Shown here: piece by piece, positions 24,901-36,497 of the stretch
How the letters are laid out: each line of letters begins with the position of its first letter
How positions within the stretch are numbered: position 1 is the first letter of the stretch
Assembly: GCA_002269645.1 (NCBI GenBank)
Contig: NIVC01000669.1
Location: 74,207-138,206 of the forward strand
Source of the DNA: Macrostomum lignano
Taxonomy: Eukaryota
DNA length: 64,000 nt
Reading direction: 5' to 3'
The notes under the pieces: generated by a model
Told to the model about the DNA's origin: nothing
What the model saw: the letters and a program-made list of their open reading frames with translations, nothing else
The model's database searches: none
Program-made: the position numbers and the translations under genes

Positions 24901-27900
24901 ATGTAAAGTGTCAGAGATGTAAAGTGTCGGAGATGTAGTGTCAGAGATGTAAAGTGTCAGAGATGTAAAGTGTCTGAGATGTAAAGTGTCAGAGATGTAA
25001 AGTGTCAGAGATGTAAAGTGTCAGAGATGTAGTGTCAGAGATGTAAAGTGTCAGAGATGTAGTGTCAGAGATGTAAAGTGTCAGAGATGTAGTGTCAGAG
25101 ATGTAGTGTCAGAGATGTAAAGTGTCAGAGATGTAGTGTCAGAGATGTAAAGTGTCAGAGATGTAAAGTGTCAGAGATGTAAAGTGTCAGAGATGTAAAG
25201 TGTCTGAGATGTAAAGTGTCAGAGATGTAGTGTCAGAGATGTAAAGTGTCAGAGATGTAAAGTGTCAGAGATGTAAAGTGTCAGAGATGTAGTGTCAGAG
25301 ATGTAGTGTCAGAGATGTAAAGTGTCAGAGATGTAGTGTCAGAGATGTAAAGTGTCAGAGATGTAAAGTGTCTGAGGTGTAAAGTGTCAGAGATGTAGTG
25401 TCAGAGATGTAAAGTGTCAGAGATGTAAAGTGTCAGAGATGTAAAGTGTCAGAGATGTAAAGTGTCAGAGATGTAAAGTGTCAGAGATGTAAAGTGTCAG
25501 AGATGTAAAGTGTCAGAGATGTAAAGTGTCAGAGATGTAAAGTGTCAGAGATGTAAAGTGTCGGAGATGTAAAGTGTCTGAGATGTAAAGTCAGAGATGT
25601 AAAGTGTCAGAGATGTAGTGTCAGAGATGTAAAGTGTCAGAGATGTAGTGTCAGAGATGTAAAGTGTCAGAGATGTAAAGTGTCAGAGATGTAAAGTGTC
25701 AGAGATGTAAAGTGTCAGAGATGTAAAGTGTCAGAGATGTAAAGTGTCAGAGATGTAAAGTGTCAGAGATGTAAAGTGTCAGAGATGTAAAGTGTCGGAG
25801 ATGTAAAGTGTCAGAGATGTAAAGTGTCAGAGATGTAAAGTGTCGGAGATGTAAAGTGTCAGAGATGTAAAGTGTCGGAGATGTAAAGTGTCAGAGATGT
25901 AGTGTCAGAGATGTAAAGTGTCAGAGATGTAAAGTGTCAGAGATGTAAAGTGTCAGAGATGTAAAGTGTCGGAGATGTAAAGTGTCAGAGATGTAAAGTG
26001 TCGGAGATGTAAAGTGTCAGAGATGTAAAGTGTCAGAGATGTAAAGTGTCAGAGATGTAAAGTGTCGGAGATGTAGTGTCAGAGATGTAAAGTGTCAGAG
26101 ATGTAAAGTGTCAGAGATGTAAAGTGTCAGAGATGTAAAGTGTCAGAGATGTAAAGTGTCAGAGATGTAAAGTGTCAGAGATGTAAAGTGTCAGAGATGT
26201 AAAGTGTCGGAGATGTAGTGTCAGAGATGTAAAGTGTCAGAGATGTAAAGTGTCAGAGATGTAAAGTGTCGGAGATGTAGTGTCAGAGATGTAAAGTGTC
26301 AGAGATGTAAAGTGTCAGAGATGTAAAGTGTCAGAGATGTAGTGTCAGAGATGTAAAGTGTCGGAGATGTAGTGTCAGAGATGTAAAGTGTCAGAGATGT
26401 AAAGTGTCAGAGATGTAAAGTGTCGGAGATGTAAAGTGTCAGAGATGTAAAGTGTCAGAGATGTAGTGTCAGAGATGTAAAGTGTCAGAGATGTAAAGTG
26501 TCGGAGATGTAAAGTGTCAGAGATGTAAAGTGTCAGAGATGTAAAGTGTCAGAGATGTAAAGTGTCGGAGATGTAAAGTGTCAGAGATGTAAAGTGTCAG
26601 AGATGTAAAGTGTCAGAGATGTAAAGTGTCAGAGATGTAAAGTGTCAGAGATGTAAAGTGTCAGAGATGTAAAGTGTCGGAGATGTAGTGTCAGAGATGT
26701 AAAGTGTCAGAGATGTAGTGTCAGAGATGTAAAGTGTCAGAGATGTAAAGTGTCGGAGATGTAAAGTGTCAGAGATGTAAAGTGTCGGAGATGTAAAGTG
26801 TCAGAGATGTAAAGTGTCAGAGATGTAAAGTGTCGGAGATGTAAAGTGTCAGAGATGTAAAGTGTCAGAGATGTAAAGTGTCAGAGATGTAAAGTGTCAG
26901 AGATGTAAAGTGTCAGAGATGTAAAGTGTCGGAGATGTAGTGTCAGAGATGTAAAGTGTCAGAGATGTAGTGTCAGAGATGTAAAGTGTCAGAGATGTAG
27001 TGTCAGAGATGTAAAGTGTCAGAGATGTAAAGTGTCAGAGATGTAAAGTGTCAGAGATGTAAAGTGTCGGAGATGTAAAGTGTCAGAGATGTAGTGTCAG
27101 AGATGTAAAGTGTCAGAGATGTAGTGTCAGAGATGTAAAGTGTCAGAGATGTAAAGTGTCAGAGATGTAAAGTGTCAGAGATGTAAAGTGTCGAGATGTA
27201 AAGTGTCAGAGATGTAGTGTCAGAGATGTAAAGTGTCAGAGATGTAGTGTCAGAGATGTAAAGTGTCAGAGATGTAAAGTGTCAGAGATGTAAAGTGTCA
27301 GAGATGTAAAGTGTCGGAGATGTAAAGTGTCAGAGATGTAAAGTGTCAGAGATGTAAAGTGTCAGAGATGTAGTGTCAGAGATGTAAAGTGTCAGAGATG
27401 TAAAGTGTCAGAGATGTAAAGTGTCAGAGATGTAAAGTGTCAGAGATGTAAAGTGTCAGAGATGTAAAGTGTCGGAGATGTAAAGTGTCAGAGATGTAAA
27501 GTGTCAGAGATGTAAAGTGTCAGAGATGTAAAGTGTCGGAGATGTAAAGTGTCGGAGATGTAAAGTGTCTGAGATGTAAAGTGTCAGAGATGTAAAGTGT
27601 CTGAGATGTAAAGTGTCTGAGATGTAGTGTCAGAGATATAAAGTGTCGGAGATGTGAAGTGTAGGAGATACGAAGTGTCCCAGAGGTGAAGTGTCGGAGA
27701 TGTGAAGTGTCGGGGTTGTGAAAGAAGCTGCTTTTTGGATATGAAACCCTCCTTTGATTTACAAATGTGCTTAATGCCCCCTGTGAGCTATCTGAAGTAA
27801 GCAATTGTCAGTACAAACACTAAATACAATAAACTTAAATACAATAAATATGCTATAAAACGTAGCCGCTATGACACTCTTGCGGCAACAAAAAATTCAC

Positions 27901-29750
27901 TACCCAGGATTCATCAAGATTAACCCTCGATCGGTGACTATCTTGCATAGGTAGCGTCAATTACAACCAACTGTGCCGCTGTGAACAGCTACCGTAAGTA
28001 TGAACAAAACCGCATGCATGCGTCTTGCGAACTGGCTTACTAAACCTAGTTACAGAACCATAGAAGGCAGATTACAGTAATCTACCGGTATATCACAAAA
28101 TACTGAGTGCTATCTATAATGCCCTAATATGACTTGAAAGGCTGACCTACCTACACCTTGATGTTAGGCAAAGCTTTCCTACTTCTTATCTTTTATGCAT
28201 AAAGCGCTTAGTTTATTGCTTTGGCATGACTCCGACCAGCTGTAACTGACTCAGTCGCTTTAATCGTGTTTACAGATAGCTGATTAAAACTAAAAATAAC
28301 AGTGTTCACAATTGGCTAGTGGAGTAAGTAATAGTAATAATACTATCAATATTTGTTATTCTTATTTTTGAAGGCACCTGCCTAAATGGGCAGATGTACA
28401 ACCGACAGCTCAGCCGCAGCTATTGCGCGGCGCATCTGAAGGCTGCGTACGGCTGTTCAGTTCAAGGACTGGGGGGTCGCCACACACACCCTCAGTTACC
28501 CCAGTTAATGCTGGCACCCATTTTACAGCTGGGTGAACTGAAGCAATGCAGAGTTAAATGTCTTGCTCAAGGACACAAATTGTTTCGACGTGGGTCAAGA
28601 ATCGAACCCACGACCTTTCAGTCGGAGTCCGACGCTCTGACCACTAGGCTACAACCCCTACTGGTGGACTGGTGGTTACAACCACTTGTACACTAGAATG
28701 CTACCCCTAGTATAGTAAGCTAGCAATAGAACTGATGACCATGCTAAGCATTAACTATAACCAGGACAATAAAAGAAGAAACAGACAAAGCAATCTACTC
28801 ACAGAGGCAGGCCCATTTGTACACCTGCACTGGTCATGGCGTCGATGGCCTCAAAGATGAACGCTGGACCGGACCCGCTCAGACCTGTAGCAGCGTCCAT
28901 CAGGTTCTCAGGCAGGTAGTCGCAGGTGCCAACAGATTTGAACAGCGCCTCAATCAGCGGCCCGTCCTCCGGCTTCGCTGCCTTACCAACGCAATAAACG
29001 GAAGCACCAGCGTTAGCCAGAATCGGCGTGTTCGGCATCAGCCGGATCACCCGGCTGTCTGGCAGCAGACGGCTCTGCAGGTGGTCCAGGGTGACGCCTG
29101 CGGCCACGGACACCACCAGCTTGGAGGGGTCGGTCAGGTCTGACAGCTCAGCTAGCACTGTGTCCATCACCTGCGGCTTTACCGACAGCACAAGAATGTC
29201 GCTGTGCTCCACGACCTCGCGGTTGTCGTGCGTCACGTTGATGCGGAGCTCCTACAGGCGACGAGTCAGTTTAACAAATCATAAAACTGCGGAACTTAAC
29301 ATTGAACAAAAACTTGGTGTTGACGATTATGTGAATGATAATTGAGGTTAAACATATACTCATATGTATGTGAAATTTGTATTGAAATTCAGCGTTTTTT
29401 TAATTGAATCATTGAATTTATTGGTAGTCTTGAAAAGCTGTGGAAATCTATTAGCCCGTACTACACACTCAACACTAATTTACCATTGAAAATAGAGCAA
29501 AACCTTAAACTTACTGTAGAAATCCTCTCCAGAGTTTTCTCTGCACGGTCGCTGGCCCAGATATTTCTTGACTTAATGATGCCTGGCAGAAATTGGCAAT
29601 TAAATTGGTTGGGATTAGCTCAAAGCTATTGAAAAATGTTTTGCAAGTTAGGAATATCAATAAATATGAACTCCTTAATTTACCTCGACTAGTGAAGCCC
29701 TTGGCGATGGCTTGAGCCATACGTCCAGCACCAACAAAACCGATGCGCAT
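15945..29750 (-). CDS. PYCR: Pyrroline-5-carboxylate reductase, paralog C, 286 aa; exons 29750-29684, 29582-29515, 29251-28803, 16221-15945
   Basis: MRIGFVGAGRMAQ start; 67+68+449+277=861 nt, in frame. Phase-2 intron 3 (CT|gtgagt ... ccgcag|C) is 12,581 bp. SGSGPAF and SPGGTT motifs. Confidence 0.9.
16747..27712. repeat. ~11-kb satellite of 16-bp and 14-bp units with a ~2.3-kb higher-order repeat
   Basis: Units AGTGTCAGAGATGTAA and AGTGTCAGAGATGT. Rare variants recur at ~2300-2330-bp spacing. Confidence 0.98.
28370..28658 (-). mobile_element. tRNA-derived SINE, family B, full-length
   Basis: Minus-strand head GGGGTTGTAGCCTAGTGGTCAGAGCGTCGGACTCCGACTGAAAGGTCGTGGGTTCGATTC (A and B boxes, tRNA-Arg(CCG)-like). 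Body matches 5497-5742. Confidence 0.88.
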
Positions 29751-30661
29751 TTTGTTCAATTCAGTGACAGATACTTTTTATCATAAAATAGTTATAAAGC
29801 TGAAAAGCTCTGAAAAAATGAGAAACATTAACAGTTCGATGATTGATTCAATTGAATGATTGACAATGATTCTCTTTAATGACAAATTTATTTCAAGGTA
29901 TTTTAATCATGTTGGAATGTTGTTATAATAATAACTACTGTGTGTAGTTGCCTGCTATAATGTACAAGAAAGAAGGTAGAACAAATGAAAGTGTATGTGC
30001 CTTGAAGATAAAATAAAAGCACAAATTTAATCAAATTGAGAAAAGTAAAACCCTAGAGTTTTTCTGTTGCTATGGATATGGCAATGGAAAGTTATAGATA
30101 TGGTGGCTTATGCTTATAGACATAATGTACAGATAGGGATGTGTTAATGGGAACACATTTTCCATATTTAGTTCCCATTTTTAGGCCACTCAATAACTTA
30201 GATGTGAGACTTGAAAGACCATTGGAACAATTGAATTGATATATGGAAATAGAGCAGTAGAAAGTATTAGAAATTAATGAATGTTGCCACTTTCAAAGAT
30301 TTTTTATGCTAAATGCCCATTGTGTAATAGGGATAGTAGGGGCTAATGACAAGATAAATGTTTTCACTTTCAATGTGGGTGAGACTCTTAAGCTCCTAGG
30401 GTAGAAGCAAACAAAAAAAAGATTTTTGCTACAATACAATATGCATATTGTAGTTGGGATAATAAGGCTTAAATTATGAAACAAAGCCAATGAAGAAGCC
30501 ATCTGGCATTTGCCACCATCAAAAAAGTCTAGATGGAAAACAAGTCAAGAGGCTTCTATTGCTTAATCTTTTTCAGAAACGACTGATAAGTAGGATATAA
30601 CTCTTAATAAGATCTCAGTAAGAATTGGAAATTCCATTACTTGAGCTACTTAACATTATAA

Positions 30662-31160
30662 TTATAAGAGAGGAGAAGGAGAGAAGAAAATGAGAAAGAG
30701 GAAAAGAAAGAGGAAAAGAAGAAAAGAAAGAAAAAAAGGAGAGAGACAAAAGAAGAGATGCAAAAGAAAGAGAAAGAGAGAAAAGAAGAGAGGAAAGAAG
30801 AGAGGAAAAAGGGAAAAGAAGGGTAGATAGTCAAAAGAGAAGGGGAAAGAGGAAAGAAGGGAAAGAAGAAAGAGGGAAAAGGAAAGAGGGAAAAGAGGAG
30901 AAAGGGGAAAAGGAGAAAGGGGTAAAAGATAGGGGAAAGGAAAAAGGGGAAAGGAGAAAGGGAAAAAGGAGAAAGGGGAAAGGAGAAAGGGGAAAGGAGA
31001 AAGGGGAAAGGAGAAATGGGAAAGGAGAAAGGGGAAAGGAGAAAGGGAAAAAAGAAGAGAATGGAGAAAAAGAGGAAAAGAGAAAGAGAAAGGGAAAAGG
31101 AGGGGAGAAAAGAAGGGAGATAAAAGAAAGTGAGCTAAAAAGAAAGAGGAGAAAGGAAAA
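30662..31160. repeat. Polypurine (GA-rich) low-complexity tract
   Basis: ~500 bp of almost pure A/G, with GGGGAAAGGAGAAA-type subrepeats. Confidence 0.9.
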
Positions 31161-31725
31161 AATAGTAAAAAGGCATTTGGTGCCACACATATACACTTTT
31201 TGTAGCTATATTCTTGGAGCTATGCTAGCAATAAGAGACCCTATGCCCTATCTATAACAATCTTGCCAAGTATTACTAGTTAATAGCATTTGCAAGAAAG
31301 CTATTGCTGTTATTCCTTATTTCTTGCAAGAAAATAAAGGAAAAAATACAAAAGAAGTTATAGAAAATTTACTAGCTAAGCTTATAGGAAAATTTTTCAT
31401 TATAAGAGAACTCTAAAGATTTTTTTACTAGCATATATATATATTATAATTGAGATACTCATAGTAGACTAATTTAAGATAATATACAATCTTTATAATA
31501 ATTATTTCAGATACTATTAATAAGTAATTGGTTAAACTAAGGCCTGACTATTAAGCCTTACTATTAACTTTATCAATATATTATAAGCTGGGTTTATTTT
31601 TTGTGCAATAGAGATGCTATACTATCTTGACTAACAAAATTGCATCTTCAAATTAGACCTTAGATGCAACTTTGTATCTTAGCACTAGCTGCAAAAAACC
31701 TAGGCTAAGTTTTTCATGCAATATA

Positions 31726-31904
31726 GACATACATGCGCTACCTTGGGAATCACCCGGCCGTTTCTATTGGCAACACACACATGTAAGTCGCTATTGGCTG
31801 AGAGCAGTCACGTGACTACTATTCTGTCCAATAGCGACACACATGTGTGTGTTGCCAATAGAAACGGCCGAGTGAATCCCAAGGTTGCACCCAAGCATGA
31901 ATAT
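31726..31904. mobile_element. Palindromic (foldback) MITE, copy 1
   Basis: Near-perfect ~180-bp inverted repeat centred on GTCACGTGAC (31807-31816), with TA-rich flanks. A second copy lies inverted at 34791-34970. Confidence 0.8.
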
Positions 31905-34790
31905 AGATAGATATTATATAATATTTTGACTATTTAAATTATATCCTAAAATTGGACCTTGGATGCAATATTGGATCTTGATATCCACAAAACCTAGATT
32001 ATAAGCTCAATAAAAAATGGAAAAACTATTGTTATTAGATTTAATATCATTAAAAGTTCCAGTAGGGTTGCTAGCTTGACAACAATTAAATAGAGAAAAC
32101 TCAAAATCAACATTTTAGTTTCTTAGACTTTTGCCTAAAAAAGAGGCCTAGTATATCCTAGTATATCTATATAAAATGACTTAGCTAGTCTAGTCTATAG
32201 AAATGAATATAGATATAAGAAAATTATAGTTAAAGTAGAGGTTTTTGTATGCAGAGTGTACATATGCATCCTAAATTTTGAAATTATACCTTGAAATTAA
32301 AAAAGTAAATATGGTTTAAGTCTAGTCTCATAACTTATTTTTCTTTTCAAGCTTTATTTGTACTGCTTTAAATAAGAAAAAAAGAGAAATTATACTCTTA
32401 GCCTAAAAATCCCACTTTGGCTAATTTGTTACTACTTAACAAAAACTATATTAACACTTAGGCTAGTTATACTATAAGGGGCTTAACTAGACCTAAAAAA
32501 ACAAATATAGGCCTATATATTTTTAAATATCCAAATTTGGTTTAAAATCTCAAATAAATATATTAATACTATTATAGGCATAGCCATAGGCATAATGTTT
32601 ATAAGTCATTTTCTTAAAACAAATAAGCTATGGTTAGGTAGGCAAGGCTATGGCTTGACTAGGATATAGTTGAAATTGCCATTTGATGATGAAAACTTGG
32701 CTAATCCATAAGACTAACATTTAAATATAACAAATTTAAAAAAAATTCTTCAAAATGCAATAGCTAGGCCTAAGCCAAAGAATAATATCTTTACTAAAGT
32801 TTAAAAATATATATTTCTAATTATAGAGTTATCAAACCATTTGTAACAATGATGATTTATTAAATGTAGCATTGTCTAATGCTGAGGCAATGAGGATTTA
32901 GACAATTTAGTTGTTTTACTTGTAAACTTGCATATGACAATCTTGAATATGACTTTGGCTAGAGCCCTTGGGGGTCTTAGCCATGGTATTAGTATAATTG
33001 CTTAATTTATTGGCTGATATACATGTATAAGGGCAAGTGCCAGGCTTGCTTTACACAATTGTAATTTACTACTATAAATATAAATAGTTTTTTGTCCAGA
33101 TAAATTGGCTAAAATATTAATTAATTAAGGTCAAAAAGCAAGTTACAACTTACAATTATTAGTTCTAGCCCTAGCCTAGGTCAAAAGCACATAAGTTACT
33201 CACATGACTCACATACAGAGTTGTGTAGGTCTTATGCTTGCTTAATGCTAAATATTGAATATAATAGGCATATAGGCCTAGTATATATAGGTCATATCAT
33301 AGGATAGGCGCCATATGTGAATTAAATTTGGCCAATGGCAATAGGCCTAAGTCTAAAAGGGCTTAAGAGCACACAATTTCTCAAACGGACGGAACATTTC
33401 TGAGTGGAAAATTTCATACGCAGATCGCACGTATATGACTAGGCCTAACGTAAATTGTAAAGGTTAGATTAAGGGTCATACTCATTATAAAATTTAGATA
33501 ACCCGTGCCGTCGAACTACGCGAGCTGCACCTGCAACGGAAAATTCCAAAGCGCTGATTTCAGTCTTACAACGTGCGCAAGAAGCACCTTGAAAATACTT
33601 TAATTTTCTAGTTGTACAAACACCATGTTAAAAGTTAAATAAATAAGGTGGCCCAAATGTTTCAAAAGTGACAAATAAAAAAATTAATTTATTGAATCAT
33701 TGGTTCATTTTCACTTTGCTAATTAGGCTTATTGAATAACTTATATTTGATGCCGATTATTGCGTAAAATATTAAACTTTTGACTTTTTCGTAAGTTTTT
33801 AGTTGTCAAAAACTGTAGGCATATATCAATTAGTCTGCACCGTAGATATAAAAAGAATTGAAGCACTTGTTTTAAAATATTTTCTATGAAATCTATTTTC
33901 GCGTAAGTTTAATATTTGCGTAGGCCTAACTCGGGCCCGCCTATAATTTTTGCAGTGAGGGACTGATTGATTGTATCACTGTACTGTATGATAGTAGACA
34001 CTGTGGTATTAGTGGCTCAGTCACATGCACATTTGACTTTTTAATTTTATAGAACATTTTTTGAAAACTTTTTTATCTGGGTGTGTTATTTGCAAGCTTT
34101 AGCGATGACCTGTGTCCTAGATCACTGTATAAATAACAGCTAACAGGATGTAAAACTCATAACATAAGTGGATAAGTGTGATCTGTGTATGATCTGTGTA
34201 GTGATACTGATAGGCCTAGTGTAGGCCTATGTATATGTATTAATGTAAGAACTAATATGCAGGCCAATGAATATTCAGATGTATCATTTGCATAACAATT
34301 ATACTTCATTTAAGAATCAAGATGACAAGAACAAACCTAACAAATTTACAAAAAGTTAGACTAATGCCATTTGTGTATTTTCAACTTTTTTTGGTCTTGT
34401 TAAACAATAAAAAAATAACTAGAAAATGAAATTTCATGGCACAACTTTATAAAAATAAGTTATCTATAACAAATCAATATGTTGTATATGCTAAACTTAA
34501 AGAATAATAATTTAATAAATAATTAATAGTAGGCCTAATTAATTATGCGTGCAGCTACCCTAATGGGTAGATATAAGATATGCAACTAATAGCTCAGTAT
34601 TAATGAAAAGTAATCTTTGTTCTTTATTGCCTTAGAGCTAAGCTAGATCAAATAATCATTGATTATAAACTACAAAAATACTTTTCTTATTTTTTATTAA
34701 TTTTTTTCCAAGAAATTTGTTTCCAAAATTATATGATCTTTGAGTTTTATATTCTATTATTAATAGTGGTACTTGATTTTAAGTTCTTAT

Positions 34791-34970
34791 ATATTCATGC
34801 TTGGGCGCAACCTTGGGATTCACTCGGCCGTTTCTATTGGCAACACACACGTGTAAGTCGCTATTGGACGGAAAAGTAGTCACGTGACTGGTATCAGCCA
34901 ATAGCGACTTACATGTGCGTGTTGCCAATAGAAACGGCCGGGTGATTCCCAAAGTTGCGCATGTATGTAT
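34791..34970. mobile_element. Palindromic (foldback) MITE, copy 2
   Basis: Same arms (CTTGGGA..CAC.CGGCCGTTTCTATTGGCAACACACAC..GTAAGTCGCTATTGG), centre GTCACGTGAC at 34879-34888. Confidence 0.8.
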
Positions 34971-36497
34971 ATATTCACAATGCTATTATTTTTATTATAT
35001 AAAATATAATAGAATATTTTTTACTTTTTATATTTTAATCAGAATTAAGAGATTAAAGAGATTATTATAGACTATCTTAAATTTTTTAATCTAAAATTCT
35101 AAAAAAAAAAAAAAAAAACAAAAAAAATTCACTGAATCCTCTATATAAATATTGCTTAACTTTTGTCAATCCTGTTCAAGTTTGACCCAAATAATCTTCA
35201 AATATTTTGATATAATCTTATCACAATTTAGTTAATCCTAAATGGCACAATGTACTGTTAAAGTTAATCTGCTTTTTTAGCAAGACAATAACCCCAACCT
35301 CCATCTGCATCTCTTTCCTTCCTAATCTAGCCTTGGTAAAAATGGATTTTAAAAATTAATAACTTTTATTAGTCAAATGTTAATATAATTAATTAGTAAA
35401 TAAGTTAACATTGACTCTATACCTTAATCAAAACAGAAACTATTAAATGTGAAGTTTGCCTTCCAGTATTGATATCTCTCTAAAACAGGGATCAGTAAAC
35501 TCTGCCTTGCTAGCCACATGCAGCCAGCAAAGCCTCTTTATCTGGCCCTGGAGTCCTTTGAACCTTCACATTAGCAGGGTTGGTGTCTCTTTAGCTCTCT
35601 CCTCTCTTCTCTCCCCTCCTCTCCCCTTTGCTCCTCTCCCTCATCAATCCAATCTTCTCTCCTATCTTAAGCAATAAAGTAGGTATTTTCTGCCTCAAAG
35701 ACCAGATAAAAAATCCAGCTCATGGCTTTGAGCCAGATGAGAGTAGAAAGGAGAGGAAATAGAAGATGAAAGATAAAAGAAGATGAAAGATGTGATGAGA
35801 GAAAGGATAGAAGAGAAAAGAGGGGAGTGAAGAGAGAGGAGAGGAGCAAGATGAGAGAAGAGAGGAAGGGATAGAAAAGGGAAGAGGAGAGGAAAGAGAA
35901 GAGGGGAGAAACAAGAGAGAGTAGATAGAAGAGAGATGAGAGAGCAGAAGAAAGTAGAGAGGAGAGGGGAAAGCAGATAAGTGGAAAAAGAGAAGAGTTA
36001 TTAGAGTGAGAAGTGGGAAGAGAAAAGAGAGAAGTTTCAAAGGATAGAGAGAGACAGCCCAGAGTTTACCAACGCATGCTTTAGACAGAATTTGTCTATC
36101 ATTCTGTGTGGCACCCCAGCCGACGAGATCAATGCTTGCCTCACACATAACACAAATTAACTTTAACTCTTGTCTACCTCTGTCCTAACTATTAACAAGT
36201 TTTTGTTTAAATACGGCTTCAGATTCCAGAATGCAGGCAAACATAGTTCCTGCGATTGGAATTCAGTGTGTTTAAAATCCGCGGGTTTCAGCAGCTTGTA
36301 CATAATATATAAGCACAAGTCCTAGTGCAGATCTTTCAATTTACTGGAGGGAAACTATGCAAATGTGGTTCAGAAAAAATTGTTTTAAGCATAATATAAC
36401 ATGATTTCAAATTCACCCAAAGAATTTAAAATTTCATTTCAGTTGCGCACTAATTTCTTGCTGGATTTTTTTTGCTAGCTTCATAAAAATTATTGAT

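Noticed and set aside
30646-31196. Phe/Ser/Leu-rich ORFs (also 35667-36148, 47965-48343, 13227-13737)
   Set aside because: Translations of purine/pyrimidine tracts and (CTAT)n.
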